A stretch of DNA of 64,000 nucleotides. It comes from Berkelbacteria bacterium GW2011_GWA2_35_9 (lineage in GTDB: Bacteria; Patescibacteriota; UBA1384; GWA2-35-9). Made by a program: the position numbers and the translations under genes. Where the stretch lies: contig LBRB01000001.1 in NCBI GenBank assembly GCA_000991185.1, positions 4,080-68,079 on the forward strand, read 5' to 3'. Each line of letters begins with the position of its first letter. Within the stretch, counting starts at the first letter, position 1. Shown here piece by piece: positions 9,604 through 19,171 of this stretch. A model generated the notes under the pieces. That model searched no databases. It saw only the letters and a list, made by a program, of their open reading frames with translations, and was not told the DNA's origin.

Positions 9604-10080
9604 TTAATTTAATAACCAAATTGAGTAATTTAATACTGACGCAAAAGAGACCCAAAGCAAATATGGAATCATTAACCAACCAGAATTAAGAGAAAATTTA
9701 TTAGCGTTAGTAATACACAGAAATATCAAAAACCACAAAATTGCAATAGTAAACAATGCACTTCCAATTAAATTGAAGCCAAAAAACACTATTGACCATA
9801 AAGCGTTAAAAAATAATTGAAGATAAAAAAGGTTTAAAACTTTTTGACGATGTTTAGTTGGATTTGAATTTAATATTAGAAATAAAACTACGATTAGTAT
9901 TAAATATAAGACTGTCCAAACTGGTCCAAATATCCAATTAGGCGGATTAAAAATTGGTTTTGTTAAAGCTTGGTACCAACCATCAATTGCTCTAAATGTT
10001 GCTAGCGATCCGATTAAAGCGGTTAAAAACACCGACCCAACCGAAATTAACCAATATTTTGTTGATTTCTTTAATTTCAT
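9604..10080 (-). CDS. TspO/MBR family tryptophan-rich sensory protein
   Basis: 158 aa, 5 TM helices; motifs WYQALTKPIFNPPNWIFGPVWTVLY and Trp-rich helices. Confidence 0.75.
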   Translation of the reverse strand: MKLKKSTKYWLISVGSVFLTALIGSLATFRAIDGWYQALTKPIFNPPNWIFGPVWTVLYLILIVVLFLILNSNPTKHRQKVLNLFYLQLFFNALWSIVFFGFNLIGSALFTIAILWFLIFLCITNANKFSLNSGWLMIPYLLWVSFASVLNYSIWLLN

Positions 10081-10127
10081 AATTTAATTATAGCATAATT
10101 TTAACAAAAAGCCCCCAAGTATGGAGG

Positions 10128-10967
10128 CTAAATTTGTCTTTGTGTATCTAAATTAGGTATATTATTCCTGATTCGTTTTATGCCATTTTTTATTAATGCA
10201 TCAACATTTTGGCGATTACAGCCTAGAATTTCAGCAGTTTTCTCAAGGGTTTTAAATTGACCGTCTTCTAATCCATAACGAATTATAATCGCTTCTCTTT
10301 GTTTCTTTGTTGTATTATTTAATAATTTATCAACCTTATCATAATATTGATTTGTTGTCAGATTTTCAACATCATAATCTACGCAAGGAAGGACATCTTG
10401 ATAATTTGGGGGTAGACCATCATGTGTTGATGTATAAAAATGTTGAAATGATATTATTTCCTCAAGGCTCAAGATTGGTGTAATACTATATAGTTTCTTT
10501 GCATATTGATATGCTTCAATACTAATCATTAAACGATCAGCAATCTCTTCATCGCTTAAATGATGGTTTTCACTAACCATCGAAAAATCTTGTATATGAC
10601 ATGCTATCAGTATATACCTAAGAAACTTTTCTGGAATTACAAAATTTTTACAATTATTATTTATATATCTTTTTAACCCCCTGTCAATGGCTGTGCACAC
10701 AAAAGTTGTAATCATGCCTTTATTTTTTTTATATCGTTTCAAAGCTTTAATGGTCAGTAAATAACCCTCTTCTATTAAATCCAACAGATCATCGGGGTTA
10801 TCTGTTAATTTTTTTGCCCTAAAAGTAATAAATTTTCGTAATGAATTGGCTATGATATGAAGAAATTTTATATCCCCAGTTTCAAGATACTTTTCATGAT
10901 AATTTAGTTGTTGTTCATAACTTAAAGTAGCTTCGGAAGAACTATAAAAATATAATACTGATGGCAT
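10128..10967 (-). CDS. Sigma-70 family RNA polymerase sigma factor (divergent)
   Basis: 279 aa; region 2-like DLLDLIEEGYLLTIKALKRYK...FVCTAIDRGLKRYI and region 4 HTH REAIIIRYGLEDGQFKTLEKTAEILGCNRQNVDALIKNGIKRIRN. Confidence 0.7.
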   Translation of the reverse strand: MPSVLYFYSSSEATLSYEQQLNYHEKYLETGDIKFLHIIANSLRKFITFRAKKLTDNPDDLLDLIEEGYLLTIKALKRYKKNKGMITTFVCTAIDRGLKRYINNNCKNFVIPEKFLRYILIACHIQDFSMVSENHHLSDEEIADRLMISIEAYQYAKKLYSITPILSLEEIISFQHFYTSTHDGLPPNYQDVLPCVDYDVENLTTNQYYDKVDKLLNNTTKKQREAIIIRYGLEDGQFKTLEKTAEILGCNRQNVDALIKNGIKRIRNNIPNLDTQRQI

Positions 10968-11073
10968 GCTTCCTCCTTTCTATTCAAGTGCGAATTATGA
11001 AAAGTATAGCAAAATAATTAGAATATATCAATGTTCCTCGTATTATATTAACGATTAATTATTTTTATTTTTT

Positions 11074-12174
11074 TTATTCCCTACCCCCAATATCCAGCAT
11101 TTCAATACCTTTGATTTGTGGCAAACTGTTTCCAGCGATACCAGTCAAGCTACCATAAATTCCAAAAAGTGATTTATACATTTTTTCCAGTTCTTTTTCC
11201 CGTTGTTTCCACTGTTTTTCAAACGCCATTTTTTCTTTGTTGATTTGGTTCTGAAGTGAAAGATATGTCTCAATTATCGCTTCAAGTTGGTGAGAAAATT
11301 CACTGGAGGTCATATATTCAAACAAAATTTGTGCATCAGTTTGAGTTTTTGATGAAATGGCTTTTTGTTTGGCGACAGCTAAAAGTTGTTGTCGTAAAAT
11401 ATTAGCCAGAGAAATTGTATGTTTGGGTGTGGAAATCCAAACATTATTGATAGAAATAATATCTTTTTGACAATCTTTAGGCATAACAGTTGTAATCAAG
11501 ACTGCTAATTCGGCTTTTTCGGTTCGTTGATCGGACTTAAGTTTGTCAATAAAATTTTGATCAAATCTTTTTGTTCTTTTCAATTCCCAAATTATTTTTC
11601 CGGCACTATTGCCAAGCGGGGTTTTAACCACCTGAATTATATCGGCTCCCTTTATACCTTTTTTTACTTCAATGACTTCGTCATTCTGAAAAGCGTTTCT
11701 GAGTTCATTTTCTAAATCAAGTTCTAATATTTCACCTTGGGTTTGTTGTGATCCTTGTTCTGATTTTCGTCTTGCATTGTCAAGCAGTTTTTTCAAATCG
11801 TTGATCGTTTTATCCTTCTCCATCTCTCTATGCCGGTAGTCCTCTGAGGCTATTTTTATAGCATCTAATTTAGCTTTATCTTTTTCGATTCCAATCAATT
11901 TTTCCATTTCAAGAGCTCGTTTTTCATCATTTTCTTTAAGTGAGCGGATTAATTTATTTAATTCCAATAGTTGATTGCTTAAATCACGATTTCTTTCTTT
12001 CAATTCTCCAGTTTCATTTTCTTTGTCTTTTAATTTTAAATTATAATTTTCCTCAAATTTTGTTTTAATTTTACTTTCTAATTCAGACTTGGTTTTTTCA
12101 TCAATTTCGTGACTCAAAGCTGACGAAATTTCAATCGTTTTTTTACAATACGGACATTTAATTGTATTGTTCAT
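11074..12174 (-). CDS. Zinc-ribbon/coiled-coil protein with DUF2130-like C-terminal domain
   Basis: 366 aa; N-terminal CPYC zinc ribbon, ~150-aa coiled coil, C-terminal GEILELDLENEL...DEVIEVKKGIKGADIIQVV block resembling DUF2130. Confidence 0.5.
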   Translation of the reverse strand: MNNTIKCPYCKKTIEISSALSHEIDEKTKSELESKIKTKFEENYNLKLKDKENETGELKERNRDLSNQLLELNKLIRSLKENDEKRALEMEKLIGIEKDKAKLDAIKIASEDYRHREMEKDKTINDLKKLLDNARRKSEQGSQQTQGEILELDLENELRNAFQNDEVIEVKKGIKGADIIQVVKTPLGNSAGKIIWELKRTKRFDQNFIDKLKSDQRTEKAELAVLITTVMPKDCQKDIISINNVWISTPKHTISLANILRQQLLAVAKQKAISSKTQTDAQILFEYMTSSEFSHQLEAIIETYLSLQNQINKEKMAFEKQWKQREKELEKMYKSLFGIYGSLTGIAGNSLPQIKGIEMLDIGGRE

Positions 12175-12205
12175 AGTAATTTGATTATAACATAGCTTAA
12201 TACTA

Positions 12206-12388
12206 TTGATATATGAAAAAATTTATAGTATTCTATATGAGGAATTGGATTTGAAAAAGGGGGTCAAGGCAATGCAAAAATTATTTGTAAAAGCGAAAAA
12301 ATATTATGATTATTTATTAATAGGTTTAGCAATACTCGCAATACTTTATTCATTCATAATTGTAATTGATACCTTATTTTTCAAATAA
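12206..12388 (+). CDS. Small membrane protein (60 aa), hypothetical
   Basis: ORF with one predicted TM helix (LLIGLAILAILYSFIIVI); followed by intrinsic terminator. Confidence 0.3.
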   Translation: MIYEKIYSILYEELDLKKGVKAMQKLFVKAKKYYDYLLIGLAILAILYSFIIVIDTLFFK

Positions 12389-12406
12389 TAGTTCTTTAAT
12401 TTAATT

Positions 12407-12431
12407 TTCCCCTTTCTAGGGGAATTTTTTT
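12407..12431 (+). terminator. Rho-independent terminator ttcccc-tttcta-ggggaa + T7
   Basis: Perfect 6-bp GC-rich stem with 7-T run seen directly; T-run overlaps the stop codon of the convergent helicase gene. Confidence 0.55.
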
Positions 12432-15321
12432 AGAATAGATCACAAAAATCACAAGGGTAATCACTTTTTCTATGTTCAAATTTCAGAGCTTGGATATCAC
12501 CCCAAACTGATTTAATCAACTCTTTAAATTCCATCATTTCTTTATACGAAAACTGAAAATTCTGTTTAGCAAAACGAAAATCGTTATCTAAAAATTCCAG
12601 TTCGGTTTCAACTATTTTCCATTTTAATTTAAAGCGATAATCCAAATCTCCTAAAAGTTGATAAAACATTAATTGATATAAATAACTTTTGTCAGCTTTT
12701 TTGGTTAAACTTAAAATTTCATTTCTTGATCGAACTCGTCCGGTTTTATAGTCGATAACTTTAACTGTTTTTAATTTTGGATCAATCCATTCAATTTTAT
12801 CAATTTTACCAGTCAATGGAATTCCGGCGAAATGGATGTTGTGATTATAAAAACTATATTCGGTATGAATTGGCGGAGCGATGCTGTCTCTATTTTTTAA
12901 ATAATAATTTTCAATTAATTTATGTCCATCTTTTTGATAATGTTTGATATCGGACTTCGATAAAATTTCATCTCCAAGTGCATTATCGAAATAGCTGATA
13001 AATTCGTCTTGACTTGGCATTTCTCCACGATTTTTCATTTCAAGAAAAAAATCTTCAAACGCTTTGTGCATGGCTGTTCCATAACTTTGAGATGGCGATT
13101 TTATGGCGGGAACACGCAAGATATTTTTAATTAAAAAGTCTTTTGGACAACGGAGATAATTAGTTAGACTAGTTGGTGAAAGTGGACTATATTTGACTTT
13201 ATTTTGTAACCAGATTTTATCTTGTTTTTGAAAATTTAATTTCACTTTTTCTAGTTTTAAATTAAAAATACTTTTAACGATTTCATTGTTAATATTTAAT
13301 TCTTGACTATGTACCAATTTTGCATCTAGCTCATTAACAAAACGACTAGTAACAGTATTTTTTCCATTATGATTATTGGCGATTGAAATATTTATTTCAG
13401 ATTTGGCTCTAGAAAGTGCTACAAAAAACAATCGCCTCTCCTCATCAATCAATTCTTCAGATTTTGTCAAGTTATTTTCAAACGGAATAATAAATAATTC
13501 ACTATTCTTTTTTTGCCAATAGCTATTTTCCATTTGTGGTAAGTAAACTATTTCAAATTCGGTTCCCTTTGCACCATGAATGGTAGAGATGGTAACACCG
13601 TATTTTGAGTTAAACAATTTATTTTCTTTTAGAAATTTAATATTTATTGAACGAGCAGTTTCAAAATCATTTAAAATTTCTGGAAGTTTGTTTTTGTTAT
13701 TTTTAACATAATCAAATATTGTATTAAAAATATTAATTAAATTTAAATAATTTTTATTGTTTAAAATTTTTTCTTTAAAACCAAAATCAATAAATATTTT
13801 TTCGAATATTTGCGCACTGGTTAAATCATTTTTATCAATGATTATTTGTTTGATCTTTTCAATAAAATCACGGGACTTTTTATTTAAATGATTAAAACGA
13901 GATGTTTTTACGATGTTTAAAGATTTAATTTTATAGCAATTTTCAAGATTAAGTTTATCAGCAAAAGTGTAAACTAGTTGCCCCCAAAGAATTTTATTTT
14001 CTGGCTGATCAATAAATTTTAAAAAATTTAGATAGTTAATAACAATTTGTTCGTCAAATATATTTTCAGAACGATTGATATTAAAAGGAATATTCGTTCT
14101 TTTAAAGTAGTTTACCAGCTCATCAATTTGACTATTTTGACGAACAAAAATGGCGATATTCTCAGGTTTTATTTTTTGATTAAGTTTCTTTTCCATATCC
14201 GAAATAATTGAAAATATTTCTTGATCTGCATTATCATATAAACTTAAATTAATTTCACCAATTTTATTATTATCAGATTTCAATACTGTTTTAGCATTAC
14301 CATCAATAAAATTAGAATATAGATTAATAATATTTTGTGTCGAGCGATAGTTTTTATCAAGAATGATTTTTTTACTTTTTGAGTATTTTTTAGAAAAATA
14401 TTGAATATTAAAATTTGAAGCGCCTTGAAAGCGATAAATAGATTGGTTCTCGTCGCCAACGGCAAAAAGATTAGGGTTATCTTTAAAATAAGTGGTTAGA
14501 TTTTCTAATAATTTTAATTGCGAAGAATTAGTGTCTTGAAATTCATCGACTAAAATATATTGAAACTTTTCTTGCAAGATTAATGATAATTCCTGATTGT
14601 TTTCAATTGCTTGATTAATCCAGTTAATCATATCTTCATAATCATAAAAACCATTTTTAGCTAAATAGTTTTGATAATCAACAAATAAATTTTTTAATTC
14701 TTTAGTTCGTTCGATTTTGTTTTTTAATATTTTTAGTTCATTTTTATTTTTCTTATTCGCCTGATTGAAAATTTTATATAAACTCGTTTCTAATAAATTG
14801 GGTTCAATCCCTTCTCTTTTAAGATCTGAGAATGCTTTGGTAATTTGAGTAACAAAATAGAGATTATTTTTTAGTGGTTTAAGGCGATAGTAATTGCTTT
14901 TAATTAGCAGTTTTTTTATTATTTTAAATCGCTCTAATTCATTCAGACTAGTTAGCTCACGGAATTGTTTTTTATTTTGTTGTTCAAAATAAGTATTAAA
15001 AAAATATGGATATTCATTAATAATTTTGTTGGCAAAACTATGGAAAGTGTTAATTTCAATGTCGTAAGCTTGATTGCCAAAAATACTCAACAATCGTTCA
15101 CGCATTTCTTGCGTGGCAATATCTGTAAAAGTTAAACATAAAATGTTATAGGGATTAACTTGAGTTAATTTTAATATATTAGCAATTCTTAGAGCGAGAA
15201 CTTGAGTTTTTCCCGTGCCCGGTCCTGCCAAAACTAATACAGGTCCATCAATTATATCAACCGCTTTTTTTTGTTCGGAATTTAGTTTTAAATAATAATC
15301 TGTAAAAGAGTTTTTTGTCAT
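12430..15321 (-). CDS. UvrD-family helicase fused to C-terminal PD-(D/E)xK (RecB/Cas4-like, Fe-S) nuclease; AddA-like
   Basis: 963 aa; Walker A LAGPGTGKTQVLALRIANIL, helicase motifs (VDEFQDTN, GDENQSIYRFQGA). C-terminal nuclease motif VIDYKTG and terminal Cys cluster YPCDFCDLF. Confidence 0.8.
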   Translation of the reverse strand: MTKNSFTDYYLKLNSEQKKAVDIIDGPVLVLAGPGTGKTQVLALRIANILKLTQVNPYNILCLTFTDIATQEMRERLLSIFGNQAYDIEINTFHSFANKIINEYPYFFNTYFEQQNKKQFRELTSLNELERFKIIKKLLIKSNYYRLKPLKNNLYFVTQITKAFSDLKREGIEPNLLETSLYKIFNQANKKNKNELKILKNKIERTKELKNLFVDYQNYLAKNGFYDYEDMINWINQAIENNQELSLILQEKFQYILVDEFQDTNSSQLKLLENLTTYFKDNPNLFAVGDENQSIYRFQGASNFNIQYFSKKYSKSKKIILDKNYRSTQNIINLYSNFIDGNAKTVLKSDNNKIGEINLSLYDNADQEIFSIISDMEKKLNQKIKPENIAIFVRQNSQIDELVNYFKRTNIPFNINRSENIFDEQIVINYLNFLKFIDQPENKILWGQLVYTFADKLNLENCYKIKSLNIVKTSRFNHLNKKSRDFIEKIKQIIIDKNDLTSAQIFEKIFIDFGFKEKILNNKNYLNLINIFNTIFDYVKNNKNKLPEILNDFETARSINIKFLKENKLFNSKYGVTISTIHGAKGTEFEIVYLPQMENSYWQKKNSELFIIPFENNLTKSEELIDEERRLFFVALSRAKSEINISIANNHNGKNTVTSRFVNELDAKLVHSQELNINNEIVKSIFNLKLEKVKLNFQKQDKIWLQNKVKYSPLSPTSLTNYLRCPKDFLIKNILRVPAIKSPSQSYGTAMHKAFEDFFLEMKNRGEMPSQDEFISYFDNALGDEILSKSDIKHYQKDGHKLIENYYLKNRDSIAPPIHTEYSFYNHNIHFAGIPLTGKIDKIEWIDPKLKTVKVIDYKTGRVRSRNEILSLTKKADKSYLYQLMFYQLLGDLDYRFKLKWKIVETELEFLDNDFRFAKQNFQFSYKEMMEFKELIKSVWGDIQALKFEHRKSDYPCDFCDLF

Positions 15322-15356
15322 ACTTATTGTTCGGTAAAAATATTAAATACTCTAAA

Positions 15357-15614
15357 TTATTTCAGTTTTTCAATTAATGTTTCTTTAGTCAAAATTCCTG
15401 AAAGTTGGTCAACAACCTCACTGTCTTTTTTTATCACAAAAGTCGGGATAGACATTACATTATATTTTTGTGCTTCATCTTGATGCTCATCAACATTAAT
15501 TTTGGTAAATTTAACATCTTTTAATTCTTCTTCAAGATTTTCGATAATTGGTTTCATTGATTGGCATGGTCCACACCAATCAGCGTAAAAATCAATTAAT
15601 TCTATTTGTGCCAT
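15357..15614 (-). CDS. trxA: Thioredoxin
   Basis: 85 aa; active site WCGPCQ. Confidence 0.9.
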   Translation of the reverse strand: MAQIELIDFYADWCGPCQSMKPIIENLEEELKDVKFTKINVDEHQDEAQKYNVMSIPTFVIKKDSEVVDQLSGILTKETLIEKLK

Positions 15615-16116
15615 AATATATCCCTTTCCAATAATGATTTAATTTTGAATGATTTAATAATTTATAAGTTCCAAATATTACTGTTGTGTAAAATATATCG
15701 CCTAATAGCATATTGCGATAAAATGGCAGAGCGAGAGCGAAACAACGAACAAGACCGGAAAAATTTAATATGTACATTCCGGAGAAAAAGAAAACGGCAA
15801 GATTAGTCAGAATAAAAAATATTGTTGATGAAGTTAAGATTGCCAGTATTAAATTTTTAAAATTAAAATGGTTTTTTAAATATTGTCCAAATAAAGTTGA
15901 AAAGATCAAGGAAATGTAAACAGTTAGCATAATTTTAGGATCATAAAATCCGAGCAGAGCATCAGTGAATAACATAATAAATATTATTGAAATAACTGCG
16001 CTTTTTTTATCTAAATATTTCCCTCCAAAAATCCCAACGGCATTGATAGCAGTAAAATTTGCCGGATGGGTTATAACTCTAGAAAAACCAGCTAATAAAA
16101 TTAAAATATAAACCAT
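15592..16116 (-). CDS. Integral membrane protein, hypothetical (5-6 TM)
   Basis: 174 aa highly hydrophobic; 23-nt overlap with trxA; family not recognised from sequence. Confidence 0.5.
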   Translation of the reverse strand: MVYILILLAGFSRVITHPANFTAINAVGIFGGKYLDKKSAVISIIFIMLFTDALLGFYDPKIMLTVYISLIFSTLFGQYLKNHFNFKNLILAILTSSTIFFILTNLAVFFFSGMYILNFSGLVRCFALALPFYRNMLLGDIFYTTVIFGTYKLLNHSKLNHYWKGIYYGTNRIN

Positions 16117-16262
16117 ATTTTAAGATAAAAAATATAAAACAAAAGAGTAAAGACAGTAATTCAGACGAAACTAGAAAAAGTTGCTACCATACTCAATATT
16201 AACAGAACTATGATGGTAATAATAATTATTCTTTGCCAAGATTTCATTATTGATAATATTAA

Positions 16263-16652
16263 TTAAAATTCAAACTTTTCGTACTTCCACTCAACCTTAT
16301 CGCTATTTTTCGTTATGTTTTTAGAAGCAGTTGAATCGGATTTAACACCATTAACATAGTAGACCCAAAAATAATCTTCTTGAGCGCCTTTACCATTAAT
16401 CGAAAGTACATATTCACCTAAGTCTTCACCAAAATCTTGGGTTTCAATTTCGGCTTTTTCTCTGAGTAAAGTCAAGACATCGATTCCATCTCGACCATCA
16501 TAACTAATTGATTCAATTTGACTATTTGTATTTGTAGCGTCTTTATTATAGCGACTATCTTGATCTTTTAAAGCTGGTTGCATCAAATAATAACCACCAA
16601 TAACAATCAAAATTACAACTGCTAATGACAAAAAAAGTTTATTATTTTTCAT
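16263..16652 (-). CDS. Membrane-anchored DUF4430-like protein
   Basis: Start moved to internal ATG at 16652 preceded by RBS aaggaga; ORF-track start 16739 would overlap the upstream gene by 70 nt. N-terminal TM; C-terminal YFWVYYVNG...VEWKYEKF resembles DUF4430. Confidence 0.45.
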   Translation of the reverse strand: MKNNKLFLSLAVVILIVIGGYYLMQPALKDQDSRYNKDATNTNSQIESISYDGRDGIDVLTLLREKAEIETQDFGEDLGEYVLSINGKGAQEDYFWVYYVNGVKSDSTASKNITKNSDKVEWKYEKFEF

Positions 16653-16668
16653 AAATCTCCTTATTAAA

Positions 16669-17181
16669 TTATTTTTTAACTGTCTTTTGATAATAACTGA
16701 CAAGATAATAAAGCGCAACCCCCGTCGCAACTGACACATTAAGAGAATTTTTTTTACCCAACATCGGGAGCATGATTATATTATCAGACAATTTTAAGAT
16801 TTTTTTATCCACACCCTTAATTTCGTGTCCGACTACTAGTGCTAATGGAAATTGATATTTTATTGTATTATATTGTTCGGCTCTGCCCGTTAATTCAAGT
16901 GAAATAATTTGATATGTTTTCGATATTTTAGATAAATATTCTAAAATATCTTTATGATATTCCCACATAACGCTTTTTTCTGCTCCAATAGCAGTTTTTT
17001 CAATTTTTCCTAAAGAATTTTTTATTTTAGCCAGTGATGGATTTTTCATTTCATCTGTTCCAGTCATTCCGCACAGAACTACTTTTTCAATATTACAGGC
17101 GTCAGCAGTTCTCAAAATCGCCCCAACATTATAGAGCGAGCGAATATTATCGAGTACTAAAATAATTGGAAGTTTATTCAT
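16669..17181 (-). CDS. SpoU/TrmH-family RNA 2'-O-methyltransferase
   Basis: 170 aa; LVLDNIRSLYNVGAILRTADA and SPOUT knot motifs. Confidence 0.85.
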   Translation of the reverse strand: MNKLPIILVLDNIRSLYNVGAILRTADACNIEKVVLCGMTGTDEMKNPSLAKIKNSLGKIEKTAIGAEKSVMWEYHKDILEYLSKISKTYQIISLELTGRAEQYNTIKYQFPLALVVGHEIKGVDKKILKLSDNIIMLPMLGKKNSLNVSVATGVALYYLVSYYQKTVKK

Positions 17182-17349
17182 AACCTGATTATTTTACAGA
17201 ATATTTTTGATTACGTAAAGTGTTAAGCACTAGCTCGGTCTGCCAAATGAGATGCGGTTGAGGGAAAATCATCCGACATTGATATTAGTATTGATTATTG
17301 CATTTAGTAACTTATAATTAATATAGTACATGGAAATTCAGGAAAGTAG

Positions 17350-17754
17350 GTGGTCATTATGTTGCGATTGATCCAAGGATTTTTCTTTCAAAATTACCAA
17401 AGTCTTGAACTTGGGTTTGGGCTTGAAGGAAGCGAAATGATGATAAGGGAAGGTTTGTGTCGTTTTATGTTTTATGGAGTTATTATTCCAAGTTCTCCCC
17501 AGACTCCGAATATATTAAAAGGTGAAATGAATGATCGTTTTGGTGAATCATTATTAACAGACATTGTTATCCTCCCAGATAAGGTAAGTTTTACAAAACA
17601 GTATCATCAGGATAAGCGAACTTTAAGTTACAATTTTACGCTTCAAGAAGGTAATGACAGGATTTGGGTAGGGAGATTTAGCTCTTCTTTTGCAAATGGT
17701 GATGCAAAATGTATTATTACTGAGGTACCAATCAGTTTTTTTGAACCAACTTAG
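17350..17754 (+). CDS. Hypothetical protein (134 aa), orphan
   Basis: ORF with aggtgg RBS-like element; no recognisable motif; visibly more GC-rich than flanks; convergent with Y-family polymerase. Confidence 0.25.
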   Translation: MVIMLRLIQGFFFQNYQSLELGFGLEGSEMMIREGLCRFMFYGVIIPSSPQTPNILKGEMNDRFGESLLTDIVILPDKVSFTKQYHQDKRTLSYNFTLQEGNDRIWVGRFSSSFANGDAKCIITEVPISFFEPT

Positions 17755-17820
17755 ATCAAGTATTGTTTCTGTTACTTTGTCTTATTTTTCAAGCCTTACG
17801 CAAATGTGTGAGGCGTTTTT

Positions 17821-19047
17821 TTATTTGGGTTCTCCGAACGAGATGCGATTGGGGGCGATTGCGTCGCTTTCGAGTAAATTGCCACTGGTGATGGTTTGAC
17901 TGCCGTACTTGTCGTTTATCTTATCCATTAACTTTGAGATGTTTTCTATCTTTTTTTGACAATCAAAAAGTGGTAACTGGTGAGCTGAACGATTAAGATT
18001 GTAAGCGGTTAAGTAGAGAGCAATTGGTTTAAAATTGCTTGGCAATTTATTCAAAAGATGACAAGCTGCCCAAGTGATTCTTTGACTATCGCAAACTAAT
18101 GGTAAACGACAATAAGTTTTGAGCGTTCCGAACGGTAAGGTTTTAATTATCAGTGAAATCGCTCCGGCTTGTAATTTTTCTTTTCTAAGGCGATAACCGA
18201 TTTTGAAAGCTAGTTTAGCTAAAACTTTTTTTAAACATTTTATTTCTCTTAATTCCGGTGGTAAGACAAAAGAGTGCCCAACCGTTTGACGACGAGACGT
18301 AAAAATATCGGTCTCATAGCCTCTTAATCGAAAATACCAAATTTTGCCCATATGTTTGAGGTTTTTCAGAAGATATAGTTGATCAGCTTGGTAAAGATCG
18401 GTTGGAGTTTTGATCCCCAAAAAGTTTAGTTTTTTCTCTATATTAAAATTAATTCCCGGCAAATCACGAAGTTTTAGTTGTTGATAAAAAGTTTTTAGAT
18501 TATCTAATCCACAAGTATAAAATCCATTCGGTTTGTTGATTTCTGAAGCGGTCTTAGCAATAAACTGATTTGGTCCAATGCCAATTGAGCAAGTTAGAAA
18601 ATCCCCTACTCTCTGACGCATTTGGTTTTTAATTGTACAAGCAATCTTTTGACAGCATGCAATATTTCTCTCGCTGGGTGAAAGTACTAATGACATTTCA
18701 TCAACGCTCATAACCCGAACAAATGGCGTTAAATTATTTAACAATTTAACAATTTGATGATGAAAAAAAATATAGAGTTCGGGTCGAGCTTCTTGAACGA
18801 TTACTTTTGGGTAAATAGCTTGTGCCTCCTTAACCAACATACCAGTTTTAATACCAAGCTTTTTAGCGTTTTTTGAGGGTGAAATAATACAACCAGTTGG
18901 ACTCACATAAGGCGTAACAACTATAGGTACACCTCGGAGGTTAGCCTGGACTTGTTGCTCGACTGAAGCAAAGTAACTATCCATATCGAGAAAAAGAATT
19001 CGGTAATTTTGTGGAGGCGCAAAAGACATAATACAAAAAGCGTACAA
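17821..19047 (-). CDS. Y-family DNA polymerase (DinB/UmuC-like)
   Basis: 408 aa; catalytic motif ILFLDMDSYFASVEQ; palm/fingers/little-finger arrangement; true start may be internal Met at 19029. Confidence 0.85.
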   Translation of the reverse strand: MYAFCIMSFAPPQNYRILFLDMDSYFASVEQQVQANLRGVPIVVTPYVSPTGCIISPSKNAKKLGIKTGMLVKEAQAIYPKVIVQEARPELYIFFHHQIVKLLNNLTPFVRVMSVDEMSLVLSPSERNIACCQKIACTIKNQMRQRVGDFLTCSIGIGPNQFIAKTASEINKPNGFYTCGLDNLKTFYQQLKLRDLPGINFNIEKKLNFLGIKTPTDLYQADQLYLLKNLKHMGKIWYFRLRGYETDIFTSRRQTVGHSFVLPPELREIKCLKKVLAKLAFKIGYRLRKEKLQAGAISLIIKTLPFGTLKTYCRLPLVCDSQRITWAACHLLNKLPSNFKPIALYLTAYNLNRSAHQLPLFDCQKKIENISKLMDKINDKYGSQTITSGNLLESDAIAPNRISFGEPK

Positions 19048-19171
19048 AAACCGAACAAATAAAACAAGCTGGGGATAAACAAAAATTAAAGATCAAAAAT
19101 TCAGATTAAAATTCAAAATCCAAATTTCAAATATTGAATATTGTATTTTGAGTTTTGAAGTTTAGCTATAT

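Noticed and set aside
17182-17349. GC-richer non-coding stretch as a possible structured ncRNA (RNase P/tmRNA)
   Set aside because: No RNase P P4 or tmRNA tRNA-like/tag signatures recognisable by eye.
19048-19171. LexA/Cheo box upstream of the Y-family polymerase
   Set aside because: Only a half-site-like CGAACA found; no full GAAC-N4-GTTC or CTGT-N8-ACAG palindrome.
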